A stretch of DNA of 64,000 bases from Rubrivivax sp. (GCA_020248945.1 JADCGQ010000058.1:19189-83188), one strand, 5' to 3'; numbered from the stretch's first letter, positions 8,430 to 17,831 are shown. A program made the numbers and translations. Notes: a model not told the origin generated them from the letters alone.

Positions 8430-10225
8430 GGCGTATCGGTGGCAAGGTCTTCGAGCAGCCGCTGGAACGCGGCCACGCAGAGCTCGGTGTCGTCGGCGGT
8501 GATGGTCTCGAGCGGGTTGTGGCTGATGCCCGAGTTGCCACCGCGCATGAAGAGCATCGCCTGCGGCATGCGCTCGTGCAGCTTCATCGCGTCGTGGCCG
8601 GCGCCGCTGGGCATGCAGAACACCGGCAGGCCCAGGGCCTGCACCGCCCGCTCCCAGCGCGCCTGCCAGGCCGGGTGGCTGGGCGCGGCCGAGGCGGCCA
8701 TCGTGGGCTCGAGCGTGAAGGCCAGGCCGCGGCGCTCGCAGATGCGCGCCAGTGCGGTCTTCACATCAGCCGCGAGCGCGTCGCGCGCGGCGTTGGTGGT
8801 GGCGCGCAGGTCGAGGCTGAAGCGGCAGCGGCCGGGCACGACGTTGATGCTGCCGGCGGGCACCTCGAGCTGGCCCACCGTGCCCACCACATCAGGCACC
8901 GAGCCGGCGCGCTGTTCCACAAACAGCACCAGCTCGGCCACGGCCGCCGCGGCATCGCGCCGGCGGTCCATGGGCGTGGTGCCGGCGTGGCTGGCCATGC
9001 CCTGCACCTCGCCGAGGTAGCGCACGCTGCCGTTGATGCTGGTGACCACGCCCAGCGGCAGATCCAGCTCGTTGAGCACGGGGCCCTGCTCGATGTGCAC
9101 CTCGACGAAGCCCAGGTAGCGGGCGGGGTCGCGCTCGAGCGCGGCGATGGACTCCAGCGTGCCGGGCAGGCCCGCGGCCTGCATCGCCTCGCGCATCGTC
9201 ACGCCATCGGCATCGCGCTGTTCGAGCCAGGCCGCATCGAAGCCGCCGACCAGCGCGCCGCTGGCCAAGAAGGTGGCCTTGTAGCGCTGGCCCTCTTCTT
9301 CGGAGAAAGCCACCACCTCCAGACCGAAGGGCAGCCGCCGGCCGGCGGCCGACAGCTCGCGCACCACCGCCATCGGCACCAGGATGCCCAGGCGGCCGTC
9401 GTACTTGCCGCCATTGCGCACGGTGTCGAAGTGGCTGCCGGTCATCAGCCGCTTCGCCTGGGCGTCGCTGCCGTGATAGACACCGACGACGTTGCCTACG
9501 GCGTCGATCTCGACCTCGTCGAAGCCGCACTCCTTCATCCACCAGCGCAGCCGCTGCGCCACCTTGCGGTGGGCCTCGGTGAGGTAGGTCACCGTCAGCT
9601 GGCCCTTCTCGACGAAGCCCGGGTCGCTGTGCACGGCCAGTTCCTCGGCCCAGTCCCAGACGCGGCGCCCCCGCAGCGGCACGGCGCCGGGCTCGCCGGC
9701 AAAGCGGTCGGCCAGGCGGATCTCGGCGATGCGGTGGATGTTGCGCAGGCACTCCGCGAACTCGAAGTCCGGGTGCCCGGCCAGGCGCCGCGCGAAGGTG
9801 GCGATGATCTCGGCACGCGTCAGGCCCTCGCCGCGCGGGCCGCGCACGGCCAGGATGAAGGGCCAGCCGAACCGGGCGTTGTAGGCGGCGTTGAGCTGCT
9901 GCAGCTGCGCGAACTCGTCGGCCGAACAGTGCGTGAGGCCGGAGCGGGTTTGCTCGTCGGTGCTCTCGGCCGTGAGCGACTTCGCCACCATCGCCTTGCC
10001 CGCCAGTTCGGGGTGGGCGCGGATGAGCCCGAGCTGCGCCTCGCGCCCGGCCTCGCGCACCGCCTGCACGAGTGCGTGCTTCAGCGCCGCCAGGCTGGCG
10101 TGGCCCGCGGCCGGGCGGGCGCGAAAGGCCGCCGCGGCGATCCAGGGCGAGTGCTCGTAGATGCCGTCGAGCAGCGCCACGAAGCCGGCTTCGTCGGCGC
10201 TGCGGAGCTCGTGCAGGGTGGTCAT
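8426..10225 (-). CDS. fusion protein: N-terminal OHCU decarboxylase (UraD) + C-terminal allantoate amidohydrolase (AllC, M20)
   Basis: N-terminal part: LLDGIYEHSPWIA...IRAHPELAGK (OHCU decarboxylase). C-terminal part: GNVVGVYHG...TGSHFDTVRNGGKYDGRLG...EEEGQRY (allantoate amidohydrolase/carbamoylase). Start MTTLHEL at 10225. Confidence 0.85.
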   Translation of the reverse strand: MTTLHELRSADEAGFVALLDGIYEHSPWIAAAAFRARPAAGHASLAALKHALVQAVREAGREAQLGLIRAHPELAGKAMVAKSLTAESTDEQTRSGLTHCSADEFAQLQQLNAAYNARFGWPFILAVRGPRGEGLTRAEIIATFARRLAGHPDFEFAECLRNIHRIAEIRLADRFAGEPGAVPLRGRRVWDWAEELAVHSDPGFVEKGQLTVTYLTEAHRKVAQRLRWWMKECGFDEVEIDAVGNVVGVYHGSDAQAKRLMTGSHFDTVRNGGKYDGRLGILVPMAVVRELSAAGRRLPFGLEVVAFSEEEGQRYKATFLASGALVGGFDAAWLEQRDADGVTMREAMQAAGLPGTLESIAALERDPARYLGFVEVHIEQGPVLNELDLPLGVVTSINGSVRYLGEVQGMASHAGTTPMDRRRDAAAAVAELVLFVEQRAGSVPDVVGTVGQLEVPAGSINVVPGRCRFSLDLRATTNAARDALAADVKTALARICERRGLAFTLEPTMAASAAPSHPAWQARWERAVQALGLPVFCMPSGAGHDAMKLHERMPQAMLFMRGGNSGISHNPLETITADDTELCVAAFQRLLEDLATDTP

Positions 10226-10230
10226 GGCGC

Positions 10231-11220
10231 TCAGCTCCAGACGAAGGCCGTCGCGGCATCGAAGGGGTGCGTGGCGCGCCAGTGGCGCGCGATGTCGATG
10301 CGGCGGCAGATCCACACGTCCGGCCGCGACTGCACGTGGTCGAGAAAGCGCTGCAGCGCGCCGATGCGCCCGGGCTTGCCGAGCAGCCGGCAGTGCATGC
10401 CGATGCTCATCATCTTGGGCCGGTCTTCCCCCTCGGGGTTGCCCTCGGCGTAGAGCGCGTCGAAGCTGTCGCGCAGGTAGGTGAAGAAGTGCTCGCCGGT
10501 GTTGAAGCCCTGGGCCTGCACGCAGCGCATGTCGTTGGTGTCCAGCGAGTAGGGCACCACGAGGTGCGGCACACGCTCGCCGTCGGACTTCTGCACCTGC
10601 AGCCAGAACGGCAGGTCGTCGCCGTAGTAGTCGCTGTCGTAGTCGCAGCCGCCCTGCTCCACCACCAGGCGGCGCGTGTTGGGGCTGTCGCGGCCGGTGT
10701 ACCAGCCGCCCGTCCAGGCCTCGCCGCAGAGCTCCTTCAGCTGCTGCGTGGCCTGCGCGATGTGCTTGCGCTCGGTGGCCTCGGGCATGTGCTGGTGGTG
10801 GATCCAGCGCAGGCCGTGGTTGGCGATCTCGTCGCCGCGCTTGACGAACACGTCCACCAGCTCGGGGTAGCGCTGCAGCGCCGAGACGACGCCGAACACG
10901 GTGAGCGGCAGGCCGCGGCTGTCGAACTCGCGCAGGATGCGCCAGACGCCGGCCCGCGAGCCGTACTCGTACATGCTCTCCATCGTCATGTGCCGGTTCT
11001 CGTAGGCCTGCGCCGTGACGAGCTCGGACAGGAAGGTCTCGCTGGTCGGGTCGCCGTGCAGCGGGTTGTTCTCGCCGCCTTCTTCGTAGTTCAGCACGAA
11101 CTGCACGGCGATGCGGGCCGCGCCCGGCCAGCGGGCGTGCGGCGGGCGGCGGCCATGGCCGCAGAGGTCACGGGGGTACGGGGCAGGTGAGCTGGTCATC
11201 GGCGGGTCGGATCGGTTCAT
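10231..11220 (-). CDS. puuE: allantoinase PuuE (polysaccharide deacetylase fold)
   Basis: Contains [37 protein letters not shown] and ..[20 protein letters not shown]. The start is MNRSDPP (11220) or MTSSPAP (11199). Confidence 0.85.
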   Translation of the reverse strand: MNRSDPPMTSSPAPYPRDLCGHGRRPPHARWPGAARIAVQFVLNYEEGGENNPLHGDPTSETFLSELVTAQAYENRHMTMESMYEYGSRAGVWRILREFDSRGLPLTVFGVVSALQRYPELVDVFVKRGDEIANHGLRWIHHQHMPEATERKHIAQATQQLKELCGEAWTGGWYTGRDSPNTRRLVVEQGGCDYDSDYYGDDLPFWLQVQKSDGERVPHLVVPYSLDTNDMRCVQAQGFNTGEHFFTYLRDSFDALYAEGNPEGEDRPKMMSIGMHCRLLGKPGRIGALQRFLDHVQSRPDVWICRRIDIARHWRATHPFDAATAFVWS

Positions 11221-11298
11221 TGCCGGGACCGGATTGTCGGCCCAATACACTGGGGCTCGTTCCTTGCAAGCACGCGGCAAACACAAGACTCCACACCC

Positions 11299-11655
11299 AT
11301 GGGCCATCTCAGCACCCACGTTCTCGACACCGCCCACGGCTGCCCCGCGGCCGGCATGGCCATCACGCTGCAGCGCGTGGCCGCCGACGGCAGCGCCACC
11401 ACGGTGAAGCGCGTCGTGCTCAACGCCGACGGCCGCGCCGACGGCCGGCTGCTCGAAGGCGACACCATGGCCGTGGGCCGCTGGCGGCTGCTGTTCGAGG
11501 TGGCGCCCTACTTCCGTGCGCGCGGCGTGGTGCTGCCCGAGCCGCCGTTCATCGACACGGTGCAGCTCGACTTCGGCATCGCCGACGCCGCCGGCCACTA
11601 TCACGTGCCCTTGCTCGTGAGCCCGTGGAGCCACAGCACCTACCGCGGCTCCTGA
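11299..11655 (+). CDS. uraH: 5-hydroxyisourate hydrolase (transthyretin-like)
   Basis: 118 aa with an [13 protein letters not shown] start and the diagnostic C-terminal YRGS. Confidence 0.9.
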   Translation: MGHLSTHVLDTAHGCPAAGMAITLQRVAADGSATTVKRVVLNADGRADGRLLEGDTMAVGRWRLLFEVAPYFRARGVVLPEPPFIDTVQLDFGIADAAGHYHVPLLVSPWSHSTYRGS

Positions 11656-11668
11656 ACCACCTTCGCCG

Positions 11669-12886
11669 ATGGACCTGACCTACCTGCTCGACTGGGCCAA
11701 CCTGCTGCTGCGCTGGGCCCACGTCATCGTGGCCATCGCCTGGATCGGCTCCAGCTTCTACTTCGTCTTCCTCGACTTCAGCCTCGTCAAGCCCAGCTCG
11801 CCCGAGCTCAAGGCCAAGGGCGTGGACGGCGAGCTGTGGGCCGTGCACGGTGGCGGCTTCTACAACCCGCAGAAGTACCTCGTGGCGCCGAAGACGCTGC
11901 CCGAGCACCTGCACTGGTTCTTCTGGGAGAGCTACAGCACCTGGCTCACGGGCTTCGCCCTGTTCACGGTGATGTACCTGTTCAACGCCGAGACCTTTCT
12001 CATCGACCGCAACGTGCACGCCTGGGGCGCGCCGTGGCACGCGGTGGCGGCGGCGCTGGCCTTCCTGGTGGTGTTCTGGCTGCTCTACGACGGCATCTGC
12101 AGGCTGCTCGGCGAACGCCAGAAGGGCCAGGTCGGCAGCGATCTCGGCGTCGGTGTGGCGGTGCTGCTGTTCGTGGTGGCGGCCTCGTGGCTGGCCTGCC
12201 AGCTGTTCGCCGGCCGCGCGGCCTTCCTGCTGGTGGGCGCGATGCTGGCCACGGCGATGAGCGCCAACGTCTTCATCTGGATCATCCCCGGCCAGAAGAC
12301 CGTGATCGCGCAGATGCGCGCCGGCCAGCCGGTGGAAGCCATCCACGGCCAGCGCGCCAAGCAGCGCAGCGTGCACAACACCTACTTCACGCTGCCGGTG
12401 CTGATCGCGATGCTGTCCAACCACTACGGCTGGCTCTACCAGGGCGCGTGGAACTGGGCCGTGCTGGTGGTGCTGATGCTGGCCGGCGCGCTGATACGCC
12501 ACAGCTTCGTGGCGCGGCACAAGGCGCTCGTCAACGGCGTGCGCGTGCCCTGGGAGTACGCGGCCATCGGCACCGTGCTGCTGCTCGGGCTGGCCGTGGC
12601 ACTGAAGCCGCCGCCGCGCGCGCCGGCAGCGGCCATCGCGACGCCGGCCACCTACGCCGAGCTGCGCGCCGTGCTCGACCAGCGCTGCGCCGTCTGCCAC
12701 AACGCCGTGGTGGCGCAGAAGAACGTCGCGCTGCACACGCCCGAGCTGGTCAAGCAGCACGCGCAGGCCATCTACCAGCAGTCGGTGGTGCTCAAGCTGA
12801 TGCCGCAGAACAACGCGACGCAGATCACCGAGGCCGAGCGCGAGCTGATCGGCCGCTGGTTCAAGGCCGGCGCGCCGGGGCCCTGA
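11669..12886 (+). CDS. puuD: membrane urate hydroxylase PuuD (cytochrome c urate oxidase)
   Basis: Multi-TM N-domain (WAHVIVAIAWIGSSFYFVFLD) plus a C-terminal CAVCH haem-c motif. It sits next to uraH and puuE. Confidence 0.85.
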   Translation: MDLTYLLDWANLLLRWAHVIVAIAWIGSSFYFVFLDFSLVKPSSPELKAKGVDGELWAVHGGGFYNPQKYLVAPKTLPEHLHWFFWESYSTWLTGFALFTVMYLFNAETFLIDRNVHAWGAPWHAVAAALAFLVVFWLLYDGICRLLGERQKGQVGSDLGVGVAVLLFVVAASWLACQLFAGRAAFLLVGAMLATAMSANVFIWIIPGQKTVIAQMRAGQPVEAIHGQRAKQRSVHNTYFTLPVLIAMLSNHYGWLYQGAWNWAVLVVLMLAGALIRHSFVARHKALVNGVRVPWEYAAIGTVLLLGLAVALKPPPRAPAAAIATPATYAELRAVLDQRCAVCHNAVVAQKNVALHTPELVKQHAQAIYQQSVVLKLMPQNNATQITEAERELIGRWFKAGAPGP

Positions 12887-12910
12887 GGCACCTGCGCGGC
12901 GCGCGCGCCC

Positions 12911-13189
12911 TCAGGCGTCTTCCGCGTCCGCGGCCGTGGCCGCGGGGCGCCCGAACAGCGCGCCGAAACGCTTCACGTCGTGCTCGTACGAGCTGATGGT
13001 GTGCTCGGAGATGGGGGCGTTCAGCAGCATGGCGCGCGCCACCTCGGTGTAGCGCTCGAAGGTCTCGGCCATCTCGACGCGCTGCGCATCGGGCAGCGCG
13101 GTGATCAGCGTCGTGACCACGGCGTCCAGGGCCAGCAGGCCGCCCTTCAACTCGCAGATCTTTTCGGTGGCTTCCTGAAGGTTGTTCAC
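12911..13189 (-). CDS. hypothetical 92-aa helical protein
   Basis: GTG start at 13189 preceded by GGGAG. High GC3. I recognise no family. The track version starts at an upstream TTG (13216) inside the cspA terminator. Confidence 0.45.
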   Translation of the reverse strand: MNNLQEATEKICELKGGLLALDAVVTTLITALPDAQRVEMAETFERYTEVARAMLLNAPISEHTISSYEHDVKRFGALFGRPAATAADAEDA

Positions 13190-13219
13190 CGGGGCTCCCG
13201 CGTTGCGAACGCACAAATG

Positions 13220-13245
13220 AAAAAGGGCGCGCCGAAGCGCGCCCC
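13220..13245 (-). terminator. Rho-independent terminator of cspA
   Basis: On the minus strand the sequence reads GGGCGCGC-TTCG-GCGCGCCC followed by TTTTT. A second hairpin, GGGCCCTGC-TTTCGG-GCAGGCCC, lies at 13254-13278. Confidence 0.6.
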
Positions 13246-13289
13246 AGCTCGCCCGGGCCTGCCCGAAAGCAGGGCCCCGGCGGCGTCGA

Positions 13290-13505
13290 TCAGCTCAGAA
13301 CGCGGATGTTCGAAGCTTGCGGGCCCTTCTGGCCTTGCGTCACTTCGTACTCGACCTTCTGGTTCTCGAGCAGGGTCTTGAAGCCCGAGCCCTGGATTTC
13401 CTTGAAGTGGGCGAAGAGGTCCTTGCCGCCGCCATCAGGGGCGATGAAGCCGAAGCCCTTGCCTTCGTTGAACCACTTGACGGTTCCGGTTTCTTTGTTA
13501 GCCAT
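13290..13505 (-). CDS. cspA: cold-shock protein (CspA family)
   Basis: [34 protein letters not shown] carries the RNP1/RNP2 motifs. 71 aa. Confidence 0.95.
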   Translation of the reverse strand: MANKETGTVKWFNEGKGFGFIAPDGGGKDLFAHFKEIQGSGFKTLLENQKVEYEVTQGQKGPQASNIRVLS

Positions 13506-13651
13506 GAGAGTTTTCCTTTCGGTGTGAGGTTGAAGCGCGTGTGGGCACCTTTGCCGCAAACGCGTGCGAAAGACGCCAAACACGACTCACCGATGGAAGA
13601 ACTGGGCCTAGCACGACAGCACGACTTTGGGAGCCGTGGAGCCGGTCAAAC
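13506..13651 (-). promoter_or_regulatory. cspA promoter and long 5' leader region
   Basis: A ~145-nt lower-GC untranslated stretch upstream of cspA. Csp genes typically carry long structured leaders. No boundaries were mapped. Confidence 0.4.
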
Positions 13652-14215
13652 TCAATAGAACCGACAAACGAGAAGAGATCGGAGCGAATCCGCGAGGCGA
13701 CTGTACCCCACATTGCCTCGGCGCCGACTTGATCTTTCGTAAAGAACGTCGGGGCAGCCTTCTTCGTTGCCGCGGCCGTCGGTGAACTCGACGGCGACGA
13801 AGCCGTGGCGCTCGTAGAAGCGCCGGGCGCCGGTGTTGGCCTGAAAGCACCACAGCCGCACGGGTTCGGCTCCCTGTGCATCAAGCTCGGCCAGGGCCTG
13901 CCGCAGCAGCCGCGAGCCCAGGCCCTGGCCGGTGCAACCCGGCTGGGCATAGAGCTGCTCGATCCAGCCGATGCCGTTGTCCACCGCATGGGCTGCGACG
14001 GCTTGAAGCCGACCCGCCTGTTCGGCCACGCGCACGCCGCCGGCGGGCAGCAGCACCTGCGCCACCCAGGCCCGCGTCTCGTCGGCGGTGTGGGCCTGCC
14101 GCAGGTAGGGCAGGTGCGCGGCGCGCGAGGCCAGCAGCAGCTCGGCCACGGCGGGCGCGTCGGCAGACTCAGCGCGGCGGACGACCCCATCGCCCGCTGG
14201 CGCACCGCCGCTCAT
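13652..14215 (-). CDS. GNAT family N-acetyltransferase
   Basis: Acetyl-CoA motif QGLGSRLLRQALAEL...RRFYERHGF. It has an ATGA overlap with the upstream lipoprotein gene. Confidence 0.75.
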   Translation of the reverse strand: MSGGAPAGDGVVRRAESADAPAVAELLLASRAAHLPYLRQAHTADETRAWVAQVLLPAGGVRVAEQAGRLQAVAAHAVDNGIGWIEQLYAQPGCTGQGLGSRLLRQALAELDAQGAEPVRLWCFQANTGARRFYERHGFVAVEFTDGRGNEEGCPDVLYERSSRRRGNVGYSRLADSLRSLLVCRFY

Positions 14216-15318
14216 CGGGAAGACGCCGCGGCGGCGGCCGCGCCGATCTCCTGCAGCGTGGCCGGCCGCTCGGGCGTCGCCAGGAAGGCCTCTTCGGCCA
14301 TCGCAAAGGCCGGGTCGAAGCCCAGCGCCGCGACGAAGGCCTCGCGCGCCTCGGTGAACTTGTCTTCCGACAACAGCTGCAGGCCACGCGCGAAGCGGGC
14401 GTAGGCCTCCCAGCTGCGCGTGTGCACCACGTCCACCGCGGCGGGGCGGTTGGGCAGCTCGAGCAGGTCGAGGATGCCGTGCACGATGCGCTTCTGCAGC
14501 ACGAAGAACTCCGACTGCAGGCCTTCGATCTCGGCCTGGCCGAGCAGGCGGCCGCGCGACACATCGCCCACCGCCGTGCTCAGCCGGTAGCGGCCCGAGC
14601 CCGGCCCGGTGGGCCCGGGCGCGTTGAGCACCTCGCCGCCCACCACCGTGCCGGCGCCGAGCAGCCGCCCCGGTCGCGCGGCAGTGGCGGGGTCGACCAG
14701 TGCGCTGGCCGACAGGCGCATCTCCTGCGTCAGCAGCTCCACCTTCTCGCGCTCGAGCACGGTGAGGCCGGGCACGCGCGCCAGATCGACGGCGATCATG
14801 GCGACGATGGCGCGGTTGAAGCCGGCGGCGGGCGCCGGGGCGGCCGGGCTCGGCGATGCGTTCGCCGATGCGTTCGCCGATGCGCTCGGCACGGCGTTGG
14901 CAAACGGCAGCACCGCCACATGCAGCCGATCGGTGCGCCGCAGTCCCGTCACGGCCTCGGCCGCGGTGGCGCGCTGCACGAAGCGGCGTGCGGCCTCGCG
15001 GCGCAGCAACGTGAGATGACCGCGCAGCTGGCGCGCGCGCGGCAGCGTGCTGGGCGCCTGCTGCGCGTAGCGGCTCCAGGCGGCGATGGCGCCTTCCACG
15101 TCACCGGCCAGCAGCGCCCGGCCGCCCTGCACGTCGAGCGAACGCAGCGCCGCCGCCTCGGCGGCGGGCAGCGCCGGCGCGGGCGCCTCCATCAGGCCCA
15201 GGCGCTGCAGCAGCGGCGCCAGGCCCAGGTTCGTGGCCAGCTGCGCGCAGCCGCCCAGGCCGGCGCTGGCGGCCAGCATCAGCAGCAGGTGGCGGCGGGA
15301 AGGCGTGGCGGGTGTCAT
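14212..15318 (-). CDS. lipoprotein with CsgG/LpoB-like N-domain and TPR-like C-terminus (function unknown)
   Basis: Lipobox LAASAGLGGC. The pattern VAVLPFAN...LTVLEREKVELLTQEMRLS resembles CsgG/LpoB-type lipoproteins. Start MTPATPSRR at 15318. Confidence 0.7.
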   Translation of the reverse strand: MTPATPSRRHLLLMLAASAGLGGCAQLATNLGLAPLLQRLGLMEAPAPALPAAEAAALRSLDVQGGRALLAGDVEGAIAAWSRYAQQAPSTLPRARQLRGHLTLLRREAARRFVQRATAAEAVTGLRRTDRLHVAVLPFANAVPSASANASANASPSPAAPAPAAGFNRAIVAMIAVDLARVPGLTVLEREKVELLTQEMRLSASALVDPATAARPGRLLGAGTVVGGEVLNAPGPTGPGSGRYRLSTAVGDVSRGRLLGQAEIEGLQSEFFVLQKRIVHGILDLLELPNRPAAVDVVHTRSWEAYARFARGLQLLSEDKFTEAREAFVAALGFDPAFAMAEEAFLATPERPATLQEIGAAAAAASSR

Positions 15319-15391
15319 GCGGGCATCCGTGCAGCGAAGGCCGTGCATTGTCGCTACCGCGTCGCGCGCCCGGGCTGCACAGCCCGCATGC

Positions 15392-16798
15392 TCAGCCGCC
15401 AGGCAGATCGAGCACCGCGCGCAGCCCGCCCGCAGGCGCGGCCTGCAGCCGCAATTGCCCGCCGTACAGCGCCGCCAGCTCCTGCACGATGGCCAGGCCC
15501 AGGCCGCTTCCGGGCACCGACTCGTCGAGCCGCGTGCCCCGCGCCATCACGGCCTCGCGGCGCTCGGCGGCGATGCCGGGGCCGTCGTCATCGACCATCA
15601 GTTCCAGCCGTGTCGCCCCCGGCGCGCCGCAGGCCTGCGCCGTGATCCACACGCCGTGGCGGGCCCACTTGCAGGCGTTGTCGATCAGGTTGCCGGCCAT
15701 CTCCTGCAGGTCTTGCTGCTCGCCCGCGAAGTGCAGCGTCGGCGCGATGCCCTCGGTGCGGATCTCGAGCCCGCGCCCGGCGTGCACACGATCCATCACG
15801 CGCACCAGGCCCGCCAGCGCCGGCTGCACCGCCGTGCGGCTGCCGGGCAGGCCCAGCGTGGCGGCGGCGCGGGCACGGGCCAGGTGGCCGTCGACCTGGC
15901 GGCGCGCCAGCGCCACCTGTTCGCCCACCAGCGCCGGCAGCGTGGCCGCCTCGGCCGCCGACGTGCGCGCGGCGTCGGCCGCCTGCGCCAGCACCGACAG
16001 CGGCGTCTTGATGGCATGGGCCAGATTGCCGGCCTGCGTGCGCGCGCGCGCCACCCCCTCGGTGTGGCGGTCGAGCACGCGGTTGAAGTCGTCGACGAGC
16101 GGCTGCACCTCGGCCGGCACCGGGCCCTGCAGCCGCGGCGTGCGGCCTTGCTGCACCTCCACCAGCCCGCGCTGCAGCGCGCGCAGCGGCGCCAGGCCCA
16201 CGGCGCCGAACGCCAGCGCCGCCGCCGCCAGCAGCAGCGCCAGCACACCGAGCGAGGCGGCGAGCACACCGTTGAAGGTGGCCACCGCGTCGCGTGTGGC
16301 GGCCAGGTCGGCCGCGACCATCAGGCGCCACGCGCCGGCCGGGCCGTCGCTGGCCGACACCGTGCGCTCCACCAGCAGCAGCGTGGCACCGGCCGGGCCG
16401 GGCAGCTCGTGCTCGTGCAGCTCGCCATCGGCCAGCACGTCGCCGGGCGGCGTGAGCACGGCGTCCCACAGGGAGCGCGAGCGCAGCACGCCGTGCTGCA
16501 CGGCGCCGTCGACGCGGTCGATCTGCCAATACAGGCCCGAGTACGGGCGCAGCCAGCGGGGATCGCTCAGCGACTGCGGCTCGATGCGCGGGCGGCCGTC
16601 GGCATCGAAGGCCAGGCGCGTGGTGACCTGGTCGAGCTGCACCGTCAGCGCCTGGGCGAACTGGCGCATCACGTGCTCGCGGAACAGCCCGGACAGCAGC
16701 ACGCCCGACAGCAGCAGCGCCAGCAGCAGCGCCAGCAGCGTGGCCACCAGCAGGCGCAGGCGCAATGAGCCGCGCCAGGGTGCGAGCACGCGCTTCAA
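15392..16798 (-). CDS. sensor histidine kinase (two TM, HAMP, HisKA, HATPase)
   Basis: H-box AGNLAHAIKTPLS, N-box NLIDNACKW and G-box DDDGPGI..GSGLGLAIV are present. The TTG start overlaps the RR stop (TTGA). Confidence 0.85.
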   Translation of the reverse strand: MKRVLAPWRGSLRLRLLVATLLALLLALLLSGVLLSGLFREHVMRQFAQALTVQLDQVTTRLAFDADGRPRIEPQSLSDPRWLRPYSGLYWQIDRVDGAVQHGVLRSRSLWDAVLTPPGDVLADGELHEHELPGPAGATLLLVERTVSASDGPAGAWRLMVAADLAATRDAVATFNGVLAASLGVLALLLAAAALAFGAVGLAPLRALQRGLVEVQQGRTPRLQGPVPAEVQPLVDDFNRVLDRHTEGVARARTQAGNLAHAIKTPLSVLAQAADAARTSAAEAATLPALVGEQVALARRQVDGHLARARAAATLGLPGSRTAVQPALAGLVRVMDRVHAGRGLEIRTEGIAPTLHFAGEQQDLQEMAGNLIDNACKWARHGVWITAQACGAPGATRLELMVDDDGPGIAAERREAVMARGTRLDESVPGSGLGLAIVQELAALYGGQLRLQAAPAGGLRAVLDLPGG

Positions 16799-17457
16799 GG
16801 GGGCAGCGCGAGCCGGTAGCCCAGGCCGCGCAGGGTGTCGATGGTGCCGGGCGGCAGCTTGCGGCGCAGGCGGCCGACAAAGACCTCGATGGTGTTGCTG
16901 TCGCGGTCGAAGTCCTGCGCGTACAGGTGCTCGGTGAGCTCGGTGCGCGAGACCACCTGGCCCGGGCGGTGCATCAGGTAGGCGAGCAGGCGGAACTCGT
17001 GGCCCGTCAGCACCACGGGCTGGCCTTGGCAGGTGACGCGGCTGCTGCGGGTGTCGAGCGTGAGCGGGCCGTGCTGCAGCAGCGGCGAGGCCAGGCCCTG
17101 GGCGCGGCGGATCAGCGCGCGCACGCGGGCCAGCAGCTCCTCGGTGTGGAAGGGCTTGGTGAGGTAGTCGTCGGCCCCGGCGTCGATGCCGGCCACCTTC
17201 TCGGCCCAGCCGTCGCGCGCGGTGAGCACGAGCACCGGCATCAAGCGCCCGTCTTCGCGCCAGCGCTTGAGCACGCTCAGGCCGTCGAGCAGCGGCAGGC
17301 CCAGATCCAGCACGACTGCGTCGAAGGACTCGGTGGCACCCCGGTGCAGGGCGTCGGGGCCGTTGGCGGCGGTGTCGACGACGTAGCCGGCCTGCTCGAG
17401 TGCCGACCGCAGCGCGGCGCGCAGCGTGGCGTCGTCTTCGACGAGGAGCAGCTTCAA
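16795..17457 (-). CDS. OmpR-family response regulator
   Basis: Contains (M)KLLLVEDD...DAVVLDLGLP...LVLTAR plus a winged-helix C-terminus GYRL. The TTG start overlaps the PepSY stop (TTGA). Confidence 0.9.
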   Translation of the reverse strand: MKLLLVEDDATLRAALRSALEQAGYVVDTAANGPDALHRGATESFDAVVLDLGLPLLDGLSVLKRWREDGRLMPVLVLTARDGWAEKVAGIDAGADDYLTKPFHTEELLARVRALIRRAQGLASPLLQHGPLTLDTRSSRVTCQGQPVVLTGHEFRLLAYLMHRPGQVVSRTELTEHLYAQDFDRDSNTIEVFVGRLRRKLPPGTIDTLRGLGYRLALPP

Positions 17458-17831
17458 GGCGCCGGCCTCGCGCTCGGTGCCGGGCGGCTGCGCGCCTTCA
17501 ACACCTGGCCGGTGGCGGCATCGAGTTCCAGCTTCAGGAGCTGCCCGCCGCCTTGCAGCAGCTTGAGCTCGTAGATCCAGCGGCCGTCGTCGCGCTCCAG
17601 CTCCACCTCCAGCACCTGGCCCGGGTGGCTGCGCTGCACCTGCTGCAGCAGCGTGGCCAGCGGCAGCACCTGGCCGGCCTGCACGGCGGCGCGGGCGCGT
17701 TCGTGGTCGCGGTCCCGCTCGCGCTCGCGGTCGCCGCCGGCGTGGGCGCCGGGCACGAGCAGCAACAGGGCCAGCAGGCCGCCACCCCGCCAGGCGAGGC
17801 CCGGGAAGAAGCGAAGCGAGGGCAGGCGCAT
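17454..17831 (-). CDS. PepSY domain periplasmic protein
   Basis: Signal peptide MRLPSLRFFPGLAWRGGGLLALLLLVPGAHA. PepSY-like core VLEVELERDDGRWIYELKLL. Confidence 0.75.
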   Translation of the reverse strand: MRLPSLRFFPGLAWRGGGLLALLLLVPGAHAGGDRERERDRDHERARAAVQAGQVLPLATLLQQVQRSHPGQVLEVELERDDGRWIYELKLLQGGGQLLKLELDAATGQVLKARSRPAPSARPAP

